Of a stretch of DNA of 50,041 nucleotides, positions 8,543 through 18,400 are shown one piece after another; the stretch's first letter is position 1; the number at the start of each line of letters is the position of its first letter. The DNA comes from a virus (taxonomy: Duplodnaviria > Caudoviricetes), in IMG/VR virus record IMGVR_UViG_3300037200_000048, positions 1 to 50,041 of that record. The stretch is one strand, 5' to 3'. The notes beneath the pieces were generated by a model that had not been told where the DNA came from, did not search any database, and worked only from the letters and a program-made list of their open reading frames with translations. A program made the translations under genes and the position numbers.

Positions 8543-9212
8543 GCTACCGAAGAAACTTAGTCCCGGTGAAGAAGAATTCGCCTTGCACTGCTCCATCTAT
8601 AAGCTCACCCCGGAGCGCGAGTACGTATTCCATCCTGGACGCCAGTGGAGATTCGACTTCGCTTGGCCTGGGGAGAAGGTGGCCGTTGAGATCGAGGGTG
8701 GAACGGCCTTCGGGAAGTCGCGCCATAGTCGGGGCGCAGGGTTCGTCGGGGACTGTCGAAAATATAATGCGGCGGCTCTGCTCGAATGGTTGGTGTTCAG
8801 GTTCACGACAGAGATGGTCCATTCTGGAGAGGGGATAGATACTATTCGGCAAGCATTGGGTGTAAGAACGGAGATGGTGACTACTGGGGAATCCTTCGAC
8901 CCCATAACGGAAGGCTCTGGCATGATCCGACCGAGAAGCAAGCCCCGACCGGGAAGACTAAAAGGTGCGGCGTTACAGGCGCTCCGAACTTCATGCTGGT
9001 TGCGCGATAGAGGTTGCTGCGTCAGGTGCGGAGTGGACGTTTGGCAGGAGTTGCCGCATACCAAAGATAACGCCTTCCATATGGCTCACAAGCGCAACAA
9101 ACGGATGTGGGGCGATACGCTGGAGAACGTGCAAACCGAGTGCGGTGCCTGCCATCGTGCATGGCATTTGAACGGCCCTACCATGAAAAAGCCTTGCCCT
9201 CCCAAGGTTTAG
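8535..9212 (+). CDS. PD-(D/E)XK (DUF559/Vsr-like) endonuclease in frame with a C-terminal HNH domain (internal ATG 8922)
   Basis: EYVFHPGRQWRFDFAWP..KVAVEIEGG...KYN.A; then RD.GCCVRCG...HMAH...GDTLENVQTECGACH. Confidence 0.75.
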   Translation: MPKLPKKLSPGEEEFALHCSIYKLTPEREYVFHPGRQWRFDFAWPGEKVAVEIEGGTAFGKSRHSRGAGFVGDCRKYNAAALLEWLVFRFTTEMVHSGEGIDTIRQALGVRTEMVTTGESFDPITEGSGMIRPRSKPRPGRLKGAALQALRTSCWLRDRGCCVRCGVDVWQELPHTKDNAFHMAHKRNKRMWGDTLENVQTECGACHRAWHLNGPTMKKPCPPKV

Positions 9213-9213
9213 C

Positions 9214-9789
9214 ATGTATGCTATGGCAATGACACCACTCCACGTAGAACGGTTTTGGACTAGAGTTCAGAAGCTCAACGGGTGTTGGCCTTGGACGGGT
9301 TCTTTAGACCACTACGGCTATGGTCGTTGCGCCATTGAAGGCAAGCACTACAAGGCGCATCGCCTGGCATTTTTGCTAACAACAGGGGATCTGCCGAATG
9401 GTAAAGAACTGCACCACACTTGCGAAAACAAGCGGTGCTGTAATCCTAATCATCTTGTCCCACTGACGCGCAGGGAGCATATCGCAGTAACCAAATATAC
9501 CCGCTCCACACACTGCAAGAATGGGCATCCTTTTGATGCAGAGAATACCTACGTTTGGCGAGGTATGAGGTGTTGCCGGACGTGCAATTTGATGTATACC
9601 CGTCTACGCCGAAAGGTTGATCTAGACCCTATTCGCTATCCGCAGGAGTGTTGGAAGTGCGGTCATAAATGGATTGCAAGACTTCCATCGCCGAAGCAAT
9701 GCGTCAACCTGAAATGCAAGGTGAGACAGAAACACGCCCAAGGCCCCAGTTACACCAAACCAGTTCCACCCAAGGACGTATCCCGATGA
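9214..9789 (+). CDS. HNH homing endonuclease with C-terminal Zn ribbons
   Basis: RFW..V....GCWPWTG...GYG...AHRLA...LHHTCENKRCCNPNHL; THCKNGHPF. Confidence 0.9.
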   Translation: MYAMAMTPLHVERFWTRVQKLNGCWPWTGSLDHYGYGRCAIEGKHYKAHRLAFLLTTGDLPNGKELHHTCENKRCCNPNHLVPLTRREHIAVTKYTRSTHCKNGHPFDAENTYVWRGMRCCRTCNLMYTRLRRKVDLDPIRYPQECWKCGHKWIARLPSPKQCVNLKCKVRQKHAQGPSYTKPVPPKDVSR

Positions 9790-9965
9790 GCAAGCCCGAT
9801 GCAGTACCCGCCAAGCCGAAATTTTCCTGCACTGAGTGTGGCGGCGATGCCCTCGTTGGTTATGGAAATGGATGGGAAGGTCGCGTGAAGAAAGGCGAGC
9901 GGCTTTGCACTCGCTGCTTCCAGAAGCGCGGCGGTGAGAACTTTTTTGGAGGTAAGAGAAAATGA
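9786..9965 (+). CDS. Small Zn-finger protein
   Basis: CTEC...CTRC; coupled. Confidence 0.55.
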   Translation: MSKPDAVPAKPKFSCTECGGDALVGYGNGWEGRVKKGERLCTRCFQKRGGENFFGGKRK

Positions 9966-10360
9966 CCACCGGACAGTCCGAAGTTCTGGGTACTTGCGAC
10001 AAACATTTCGGCGAACACGAGTTCGATTTCCGTGGCCAATCCCGCTGCGTCAACTGGAAGCCCGTTGCTGCGCCAGAGAAGCAGGAGGATGGGTGCCCTA
10101 ACTGTGGCCGTTCAGATGGATGGCACAAGGCTGAAGGTCATCCCCCTCCGCCTGTAGGTGACTGCCGCAAAATCGTGTGGTTGTCTGACGGTCAGATGGA
10201 GTGGTGGGGCATACGCGCTTACGGGAATCATGGCGGGACTGGTTACGATTCAGACTATTGCTGGATGAACAATGGAGCAAAGGAAAGCGCAACAGTTCTG
10301 TTTTGGATGGATGGGCCGCATAACCCGAACTACCCCGCACCACCGGAGGCATCCAAATGA
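9962..10360 (+). CDS. Hypothetical protein (C-terminal DUF551-like W...V.FWM pattern)
   Basis: GGAGG RBS; coupled. Confidence 0.55.
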   Translation: MTTGQSEVLGTCDKHFGEHEFDFRGQSRCVNWKPVAAPEKQEDGCPNCGRSDGWHKAEGHPPPPVGDCRKIVWLSDGQMEWWGIRAYGNHGGTGYDSDYCWMNNGAKESATVLFWMDGPHNPNYPAPPEASK

Positions 10361-10590
10361 CCACCCCAAGCGATCCCGAACCGGTTCATTGCACAGGATG
10401 CGCCAAGCCGGATGGATTCAACGGCGAGACGCATCAGCACGGAACTATTGAGCATCCAGACGCCCCGCCCAGACAATCCGCCGCCGAGCGCGATAGGGAC
10501 GCGGCAATCGCGATGCTGCGACGGTTGTACGAGGACGGCGACAAGCGTGGAGTGTGGGACTTTCTTGCCGCGCAGAAGGTGAAGGTATGA
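10357..10590 (+). CDS. Hypothetical protein, last gene of the + strand arm
   Basis: GGAGG RBS; converges on the late operon. Confidence 0.55.
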   Translation: MTTPSDPEPVHCTGCAKPDGFNGETHQHGTIEHPDAPPRQSAAERDRDAAIAMLRRLYEDGDKRGVWDFLAAQKVKV

Positions 10591-10629
10591 CGGGCCACGC
10601 TCTATCGCAGTACGGCAGCGCGGGAAGGG

Positions 10630-11235
10630 TCAGACCCTCTTCGCCTTCGCCAGAGCCGCATCGATTGTTGCGTCTCCGGTAGGGGAAAGCAAGGCATTCA
10701 CCTTGGCCTTTGTCTCCGCCTTGGTAAGCGGCGTGGTCACAGTGAAAGTCTCTCCCGCCGCAGCCTTGAGGCCGGGGATGAGGCTTCCCCACGCGGTAAG
10801 CTGCTGAAGCACCACGGCCACGATCCCAGCAATAACATTCAGCACATTCGCCGGCAGACCGAGATTCGAGAAGTCGGTCGCCAGGTTCGCCTGCACGTCA
10901 GCCAGCGCGGACTCGATTGCGGTCAGGAGCGTGGGACTGGGAGCGGCGCTGTACTCGTCGAGCAACTTCTCCAAGTCGGAGATGCCGGTCTGCACTTTGT
11001 CGATCCATGCGGTCACGACAGCCAGGCCAGCTTCGAGCGACGTGTCGCCCGTAAGGCCCGCGATAAAACTGCCGATGGACGTAATACTTGCCCCGGCGAG
11101 GGTAATGATTGAGGATGCATCGGTGAGCCATGTCGGGGCCGCGCAGCCCACCATGAGCATCGCAATGCCGCCGATGAGCAGCACGAGGGAGAGCATCTTG
11201 AGGGCGTGACGGTAGCGAATAAGAATCTTGCGCAT
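10630..11235 (-). CDS. Putative lipoprotein, spanin-like lysis protein
   Basis: Basic N-terminus, hydrophobic core, lipobox LMVG-C; helical body; downstream of holin-like gene. Confidence 0.6.
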   Translation of the reverse strand: MRKILIRYRHALKMLSLVLLIGGIAMLMVGCAAPTWLTDASSIITLAGASITSIGSFIAGLTGDTSLEAGLAVVTAWIDKVQTGISDLEKLLDEYSAAPSPTLLTAIESALADVQANLATDFSNLGLPANVLNVIAGIVAVVLQQLTAWGSLIPGLKAAAGETFTVTTPLTKAETKAKVNALLSPTGDATIDAALAKAKRV

Positions 11236-11507
11236 TATGATTTCTCCGGTTCTGGTTTGGGGTCGATGACGACCGATTCGGTTGTGACTGTCTGCTTGAT
11301 GCCGAGTATCCCCTCGACTTCGGGATTGTGGAGCAGGCCAACTATGCCGGTGATGACGCCCAGCGCCGCCGAGACATGCGGATGGAGTTTGGCGAAGGCG
11401 AACACCGGGGCGCTCACGGCAGGGATTTGGAGCAGGCTTCCCAACCCAAGAAGGAACGCAACAATCGATTTCGTGCTCACCTTGAGGCGGGACAGGTCGA
11501 TAGTCAT
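11235..11507 (-). CDS. Putative holin (2 TM helices)
   Basis: SIVAFLLGLGSLLQI and VSAALGVITGIVGLL; charged C-terminus; GGAG RBS. Confidence 0.6.
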   Translation of the reverse strand: MTIDLSRLKVSTKSIVAFLLGLGSLLQIPAVSAPVFAFAKLHPHVSAALGVITGIVGLLHNPEVEGILGIKQTVTTESVVIDPKPEPEKS

Positions 11508-11746
11508 CGATTCCTCCGGTCTTCAACTGGCGGCAGGCTTGGAGTAGCTTGCCCTCCATTCTCTCTTCCCGCCCAGTAGAGCGTCGTGGCATCGTCTACA
11601 AGTGCTCTGTACAGATCCAGCAAGGCATCATAGTCGGATGCCGAAACCCAATAGCCGTCAGGAAGCAACTCCATCCCTACAGCACAACCAACTTCGAGGG
11701 ATATAGGTTTAGGCGTCCTGCGCTCCACGTTTTCCGGGTCAAACAT
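11504..11746 (-). CDS. Hypothetical protein with SASDYDALLDL motif
   Basis: ATG 11746; shares motif with 6619-6870. Confidence 0.5.
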   Translation of the reverse strand: MFDPENVERRTPKPISLEVGCAVGMELLPDGYWVSASDYDALLDLYRALVDDATTLYWAGRENGGQATPSLPPVEDRRNR

Positions 11747-11800
11747 AGGTTGCTCACCGATCACCCAATTCGTTATCCAGTCAAATAAGAACGTGCTTAG

Positions 11801-11813
11801 AATCAATGATTTA
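11801..11813 (+). promoter_or_regulatory. IHF-consensus binding site AATCAATGATTTA
   Basis: Exact match to WATCAANNNNTTR in an AT-richer intergenic stretch. Confidence 0.45.
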
Positions 11814-11883
11814 TAGCGGTTAGCCGTTTGCCAGTCAAACGAAACCTGTCCAGAGAATAGTCGCCGATTGCTCTCTCCTCCAT

Positions 11884-12117
11884 CTAATACCGTCCAGCAG
11901 TGAATCGGTACTCGCCCCAAGGCCAGTGCCATCCAGCAACATCGTCCGCAAACTCCCCGGCGGTCAAGTATCCAAAACGACGCCATCCCGACTGAATCGA
12001 GAAAATCCAGCGTCGGTCGCATTGAAGCGTGTGATACATCAGGTTGATGCGAAGATGACCGATGTTCCACTGCCATCCGCCGAAGATGCTGTCAGGAACT
12101 CTAATCGAAATTTCCAT
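11884..12117 (-). CDS. Hypothetical Trp-rich protein
   Basis: ORF track; GGGAGA RBS. Confidence 0.4.
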   Translation of the reverse strand: MEISIRVPDSIFGGWQWNIGHLRINLMYHTLQCDRRWIFSIQSGWRRFGYLTAGEFADDVAGWHWPWGEYRFTAGRY

Positions 12118-12255
12118 CAATCGATCTCCCACCTGATTTGCGCGGGGCAGGCACGATCCGCCGCCCGCTTCCAGGCCTTCAGTTTGCTCACGATTTTACG
12201 CAGCCAAGCCATGCGGGGATTGTACCTCACCTAACCGTCTGGTTCCACCATAAAT

Positions 12256-12534
12256 TCAGAGCGGTCGTTCTGCGCGATTCGCACTGTCTCGCCCTCCCCG
12301 TTCGTCCCTCACACCTTGCTGGTAGGAGCCGTCGATGCGGGCTGTGGTAAGTGCTTCCCGCATCTGCCTCAAGTCGTCCGTCATTTTGTCCATCTTCCCA
12401 TCCACTTTGCCGTCAACCGATGTGATCTTACCGCGGTTCAGGTAAGAGAAAATCGCCCCCAGCAGCGCTGCCAGCGCGATTATGTCGTCGGGCAGTTTAT
12501 TGATGAGGGCGACGATTACGGATGGGTCGCTCAT
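12256..12534 (-). CDS. Holin-like/hemolysin-like membrane protein
   Basis: One TM helix then coiled coil (KITSVDGKVDGKMDKM), common in phage lysis cassettes. Confidence 0.55.
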   Translation of the reverse strand: MSDPSVIVALINKLPDDIIALAALLGAIFSYLNRGKITSVDGKVDGKMDKMTDDLRQMREALTTARIDGSYQQGVRDERGGRDSANRAERPL

Positions 12535-12537
12535 GGG

Positions 12538-12873
12538 TCACGCGGTGGGCTTTCGGGAGTAGGCGCTGTAGGCGAGATTGATGAGCGTGAGGACGGAAAT
12601 AAGGTAGCCGACCGCCTTCACCGATCCCGTCAACTGATCCATCGACGTTCTCAAGTCCCTTATGTCCGCTGAGTTCTGGGCCAACTGTGTTTCGGCGGTT
12701 CCAAGTCTCGCATGGTCAACTGCAACCTCAGTCGCGGTGGACTCGCGGCCCCCTTGCGCATATAGCCAGTAGCCCACAGCAGAGGAGATGGCGAGCACTA
12801 CCCAGAAGATGAGCCGACGCGCACCACTGCGCCAATGCGTCATGGAGTCCTCCGTGTTCTGCCCGACATTGCA
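12538..12873 (-). CDS. Membrane protein, TM-coiled coil-TM (lysis-cassette type)
   Basis: Two hydrophobic helices flanking a heptad region; GAGGAG RBS. Confidence 0.6.
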   Translation of the reverse strand, partial: CNVGQNTEDSMTHWRSGARRLIFWVVLAISSAVGYWLYAQGGRESTATEVAVDHARLGTAETQLAQNSADIRDLRTSMDQLTGSVKAVGYLISVLTLINLAYSAYSRKPTA

Positions 12874-12977
12874 CATACTCCTCTAGGATGCCAACCAGCG
12901 ACAGCCCGTGTGCCCCAGGCTTGCGGGTATTACTCCCCAGCCGCTGCGCTACAACTAAATGCTACCACCGCCTAGAT

Positions 12978-13508
12978 TTACGACTCCAACGTAAAACTGC
13001 TAGATTTGTACGCCGCCTGCGAAACGGGAACCACCGCCGCGCCTGAGAAGATGAGTCGAACAACCGTCCACACCTTTGCACATATGTCTTGAATGTCACA
13101 GTTTACAGATTCGTAGCTCATCCCCAAGTCAGGCGCGGCCAACTTCTTCATCAAATCGGGAAAGTCTCTGGAGTAGATGTACCCGCCCACCCACAACAGA
13201 TTCTTACACACTTTGGCCTCAGTTATGATGCCGCATTTATGTTGTACCTGATGTTTTCCCGACTCGCTGCCATAGTTGATGCCCATGCACAGCAAACTGG
13301 GCAGAGCCTTGATGGCCGCTTCACGCGTAACGATAATGGTATGCCCGCGCGCTCCGCTCGGCGCTTTGTCACTGGGTTGACCGACGGTGCATAGCGCTCC
13401 GCTGAACCGCCGCAGGTTGGGATGGTGCGGCGTGGGATGAGACGCAAAGAGTCGTTGAACTGTTTTAGGTCGTGGCATCTTGAACTCAAGTCTACGCGGA
13501 TCGACCAT
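12978..13508 (-). CDS. Prohead-protease-like protein (uncertain); resembles Acidobacteria-associated hypothetical family
   Basis: PSDKAPSGARGH...EAA..ALPSLL.M...H...KCGIITEA...GY....DFP...LGMSYE...FSGAA...AAY; His...Ser arrangement of herpes/HK97-type proteases (from recall). Confidence 0.5.
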   Translation of the reverse strand: MVDPRRLEFKMPRPKTVQRLFASHPTPHHPNLRRFSGALCTVGQPSDKAPSGARGHTIIVTREAAIKALPSLLCMGINYGSESGKHQVQHKCGIITEAKVCKNLLWVGGYIYSRDFPDLMKKLAAPDLGMSYESVNCDIQDICAKVWTVVRLIFSGAAVVPVSQAAYKSSSFTLES

Positions 13509-13647
13509 CGGATGCCAAGAGTTTCCATCGGGCTAATTCTTCTTTGAGGGCCTCAATCTCTTCCTGTTGCTTCCGCAGGTACTCATTCATCGAACGCAGA
13601 TCGTAGTAGCAGAACAGCCCTTTTTGCACTGGCTTGGGACGTTCCAT
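13492..13647 (-). CDS. Small coiled-coil protein
   Basis: MNEYLRKQQEEIEALKEELARW. Confidence 0.45.
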   Translation of the reverse strand: MERPKPVQKGLFCYYDLRSMNEYLRKQQEEIEALKEELARWKLLASDGRSA

Positions 13648-13661
13648 AATTTCACCCCATT

Positions 13662-15455
13662 CTAGTGTCCTATGGCTCCTCCGGCCATCACTCCGCCCGA
13701 AAAGGTACTGCCTCCGCCAAGCACAATTGTAAACGTCCCCTGCACCAGAGAGCTCGGCAGGCTTGCATAACTCACTCCAGCCATCGCATAGAGATTTTGC
13801 GTGAACGAAACCGCAATCGGCCCCGTATAGAGCGTGGCGTTTGGGCACCCGCCCTGATTGTCTGGCTGGGGAAGGAACGTCGGCAGAGTTGAGGACAGGA
13901 CGTAGCAGATGTAAGGCGTAGCCGATCCTGTGGCAGTCGTCGAGAGCGTGACCATCTGTGTACCCGAATAAGTTCCGGGGACGGGAGACATCGTGGGCGA
14001 GTTCGCGGGAGCTTGGCCGGATGGAGAACTGCCATCCCAGAACGGGTTGACTATATAGGCCACCGATCCAACCGCGCTATCGCTGAGACCCGTTCCGCCA
14101 GCGACAGCGTAAATGGGGCCGTTCGATGTCACGGGAATTGGGGCCGTGTACAGCGTCCCAGTCGCGCATCCGGTCGATCCGTTGGTTGCCGGAGCGCCTG
14201 TCGTGTTCCAACAGGTTGTCCCTCCGTGTGCAGCCGTAAGTTGAACCGTCTGGTAACCGTTGTAGTAGATTTCTCCGGGCTGGTTGAATATCGGGATTGA
14301 ACCTGTGCCTGTGATGTTGAGGGCCACGCTAGCTACCGTGCTATCCCCTGCTGCACCTGCGACCGCTGCGACCGCATAGACGTTGCGCCCAGACGGAATG
14401 GATATAGGCCCCGTATAGAGCGTCCCGTTCGGGCAACCTCCAATTCCATCGGAGAATACACCGCCGGTGAAGTTGTAGCAGATGTAGCTTCCACCCGTAG
14501 AGTCGGAGAGCGTGAGCGACTGGGTTCCTGAGTAAGTTCCAGATGCCAGAGAAAATGTGGGAGCAGCCGCTGGCGAAAGGCTGCTGTAAGTCCACGAGTT
14601 GATCCAGGTCGAGCCGGGAAGGTTGGCATTGTTGCCCTCGACGAGTCCTACGTATGCCGTAGTCCCGCTCACAACGGATGGGATATAGATTGGCCAAGTA
14701 TGAGTGAAGCAGTTTGCGCTTGGGCAGGAATAACCGAGAGTCTGGTCGTACATCTGCATCGTGATGTGCGAGCCGGTGTAGGTCAGCGTAACCACGTAGA
14801 CGTCGCCAGTGGTCGAGAACTGCACCGGAGAGGCCTGCTGGGGGACTGGGTAGGTGCTGATCCTGTTTGTGGCTACATACGGGAACGGAGAGCTTCCGCC
14901 CTGAGTGGGCAGACACGGCTCTATTGCGGATATGAACATCTGTACAGTCGAGTAGTTGTAGGTGTAGATCGCGGGGTAGTTGATCGAGTCCTGCATGTCC
15001 GCAACCTGCAATGCAAACACGTTATTCGGAGGGTACGAGGTTGGGGGAATCCCGTCCGCTTGGAAAAATCCACCTTCACACCCGGCCCCGCCGAGGAAGA
15101 TGTTTCCCTGGTAACCCGGACTGTTCGTCGTGTTGTTGAAGACGAAGGCCAGGTTCTGCCCGTTCGGGATAAAGGCAAAGGTGGACGTGAATGCAGTTAC
15201 GTTCACCGGGACGTAGTAGTTCAGCGCAACCGGCTGATGCCCGGCGTTGGGCGGCGACAACTGGACTTGAGGCTGGGTCGTCCCGATAGGGCTAGGAAAC
15301 CCATAGATGATAAGCTGCCCTGACCCTATGGCGGTCGCGTTGGTCACAGAGCAAGGGCCGCTCCCCGAAGCATTGAAGCCGGACGAGCAGTTGATTTGGG
15401 CGTGGAGTGCCGCAGCGCTCAGCAGAGCAAGGATGGAGAGTAAGCGCTTTATCAC
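13662..15455 (-). CDS. Signal-peptide protein with L-type (legume) lectin-like domain and three CHB_HEX_C/FN3-associated repeats
   Basis: GTGA-coupled start; MIKRLLSILALLSAAALHA-Q; VNVTAFTSTFAF...NLAFVF...TAYVG...INSWTY; repeats PTFS..SGTYSGTQ..TLS.....ICY...LYTGPI. Confidence 0.8.
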   Translation of the reverse strand: MIKRLLSILALLSAAALHAQINCSSGFNASGSGPCSVTNATAIGSGQLIIYGFPSPIGTTQPQVQLSPPNAGHQPVALNYYVPVNVTAFTSTFAFIPNGQNLAFVFNNTTNSPGYQGNIFLGGAGCEGGFFQADGIPPTSYPPNNVFALQVADMQDSINYPAIYTYNYSTVQMFISAIEPCLPTQGGSSPFPYVATNRISTYPVPQQASPVQFSTTGDVYVVTLTYTGSHITMQMYDQTLGYSCPSANCFTHTWPIYIPSVVSGTTAYVGLVEGNNANLPGSTWINSWTYSSLSPAAAPTFSLASGTYSGTQSLTLSDSTGGSYICYNFTGGVFSDGIGGCPNGTLYTGPISIPSGRNVYAVAAVAGAAGDSTVASVALNITGTGSIPIFNQPGEIYYNGYQTVQLTAAHGGTTCWNTTGAPATNGSTGCATGTLYTAPIPVTSNGPIYAVAGGTGLSDSAVGSVAYIVNPFWDGSSPSGQAPANSPTMSPVPGTYSGTQMVTLSTTATGSATPYICYVLSSTLPTFLPQPDNQGGCPNATLYTGPIAVSFTQNLYAMAGVSYASLPSSLVQGTFTIVLGGGSTFSGGVMAGGAIGH

Positions 15456-18400
15456 TTGCACCACCATGTAGCAGTCGCCAAGATGTAGTAGAAATTCATA
15501 ACTCCCGTCGCGGAGCATACATTGGCTATGTTCCCGCTGGTAACGGTCGTCCCGTTGACTCCTATAAGAGTGATCTCGCCTGTAAGCCCTGTAGTCGTGA
15601 ATGCAGAGGTAGAAGGCACTGTTATAGTTGCTAGAGCCGACATTGGGAGGGTTCCGGTGGTGTAGACGACCGGACTCAACGGGGTAAACGTCGTTTGCCC
15701 AGCCGTCACTGCTTGCGTGGTGGTGTTGTAGCCGTACACCCCGGATGAGTCGATATTTCCGACCTGTGACAGAGACCCTACGGCACTGTAAATAGCAATG
15801 ACGTTGTTGTTTCCCCCTAGCCCCATGTTGTAGGGAGAGTTTCCCATCGCAAGACTAGAAGCGACGATTCCCTGACCGAAGAACGATCCTGTATAGCCGC
15901 CCTGGAGCGCTTTGTTCCAATCGTTGTTGTCCGGGAAGTGCAATTCAGAGCCGTTCCATAACACGGCCAATGCGGGAGAGTTACCCGCCCCATTCGAGAG
16001 TTCAAAAGCAATCAGCGTTACCGGGGTGCCGCCGCTCTGCGTGTTCGTCGGCGTCCCATAAATTCCCCAAGTCAAGCCAGAGATGGTTGTGCCGCTAGCT
16101 CCCGTATAGGTCACGACCGATTCAGTGCCGCCAGCGTTTCCGCCGAAGAGAAGCGTCCCGACTGGAGGCAATCCAGTCGTGCCGCTCACGGTGCAACTGC
16201 TCGCGCCTCCGGTGCATGTGCCGCTTATGGTGATGGCTGTCGTATTTCCGTTTCCATAGTGGTTCTCGTTGCCCGCGAAATCGAACTGCGCCAGAGGAGA
16301 AGCGACATTGAAGCCAAGCGGCGATCCTGCCGTCGCCCCAGTGTGAATGATGTCGCTGGTCGCCGTTCCTGTCGTGCCGGGAGCCGCGTAGTAGATGCCT
16401 TGCCCAGTAGTTCCGGATGGCAGACCTCCACCACCCGCATAATTGGGTATATTTAGGACTCCTCCAGTATATGTAGCTGCACCGCTGCTTCCTGTTGTAG
16501 TCAGCGATAAAGGTGGGCCACCATTCTGTAAATCTATACCATTGGCCTTGAATACTGCATAATTTCCCGATGTACCTGCTGTAGGAACCAGCGCTCTAGG
16601 TGCTACCGCACCATTGTTATATGAATCTAATATCCTGTGAGTTGCGGAATCGCATATAGAATAATCGACTCCGGGCGCAGGCACACCAGCCGTGCTCGAT
16701 TCATCGCAGGCCCAACCGTGAGCGCCGGTTGGAAGAGCAGCGAGAGCGCCGGAAGAAGGGGTGCCGGCAATCAGGGTTGGCGAGCTGAAAGGCAACGTCG
16801 TGCCTGCCATGCCTCCAACTTCGGTAAAGCTCGAAGGCCCAATCAGCGCCCCTCCCAGAAACTTCGGCAGCGCGTTCGCCGCAGCGGTGTTCGACCCCAT
16901 CACGGTAGAGTCCGTCCCGCTGTTGTTCATGTGCCAGCTGTGGGTTACGGTCGCGGCGTACATCTGGTCGAAGCCCGATGATCCGCCGGCTGCCGTGCCT
17001 TCCGTGCCGGTCACAATGCCGCCGACGCCGCCTATCCCGGTCAAAGACAGCGACGTGCCCGATGCCGCACCCAGGGTTGGCGTCACGAAGGTCGGCGAGT
17101 TGGTCAGGGCGACGCTGCCCGTCCCGCTCGTCCCGTAGCTCGTCCCCCAGGCCGATCCAGTCGAGAGCGGTATCCCTGCTCCGGGGTAGGAGGCGCATCC
17201 TGCTCCAGTGCAAGTCCCTCCGATGTTCAAGTTGTGCAGGTTCAGCGTACCGAGACCGTTGCCTCCCGTTGTCGTGTCGAGACTGAATACACCCGGAGAT
17301 GGCTGAGTGATGCCAGCAGTCTGTCCGCCATTCTTCCAAGTGATCGCGCCTAAATAATTGAGGTTGACCGCACCCCCGGCATTTCCGAAGAACAGAGATC
17401 CGTTGAATCCACCGCCGCCGATTGTTATATTGCCCTGTGGAACACTAAAGTTTGAAGCGTATAAGTCCCACGACGGGGTTGTCCCAATCCCGTTGAGTTC
17501 AAGCTGAGTACCTCCGACGTTGAATATCTCTAAAGATGTCTGTCCGGGGAACGTATTTGTGAAGCAGATTACGCAAGTCAGCGGCGTGAAATTGCTTACC
17601 ATCAAATTCTGGTAGTACCCGAATGAGTCACCCAGACCTTGCTCATTGACTCCGAAGGCAAATAATGGAGGCAGCATATTCGGGATAGTCCCTGAGCAAG
17701 CCGTGTAGTAGCTGCAAGGATTGTCGTTCTCCACTTCAAGAGAGAAAGAATTGCCAGCAAACCCTGCGCCAGACGCTCTTATCTCTAGTGGCTGGAGTAT
17801 GTTTCCAGAACCTCCGGATGGAGTTTGCATCTGAGCCCCAATCAGCAGACCTGAAATATCGTTCTCAGGGAATCCGGGCGCTTCGAGTGTATGTCCTACC
17901 GTTCCCATCCCGGCGCACCCCGGACTGAGAACGGGGAGATAAGCGTTGGTTGCAAGCTCCTTCAGGATTTGGGCAGCGCAGAATGTTTGGAATCCAGCGT
18001 CGGACGATCCATCCGTCGTCGCAGCTTCAGAACCGGGCTGAGGGATGGAAATTGCCCCATTCGTGCCTCTAAGGGGAACGGAGTAGATCAAATACCCGCC
18101 AATCGAGCCAGGAGATAGATAATTAGTTCGATGACCGAGATGCGTGGATGGGCCGTTCAAGGAAATTCCCTGACAGCTTCCTTGAAAGACCGCGATGTTA
18201 GTGTTCGCGTTGTAAAGCGGCAGAGTCAAGGTCTGAGTGCCGGCAGACCCGCTCACGGCGCTCAAAACACTTTCTTCAGAATAGTTAGAGCCAATGACAC
18301 ACACAGTCGATCCAGACGTGAGCGATCCCACCCCGCCTTGCAACGTGAAGGTCTGAGATACAGGAGCATCAGGTGTAGTGGTCTGCACAAGGTTTACGCC

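Noticed and set aside
12880-12975. tRNA or c-di-GMP riboswitch
   Set aside because: No TTCGA T-loop or cloverleaf, and no GEMM GAAA-tetraloop/receptor pattern
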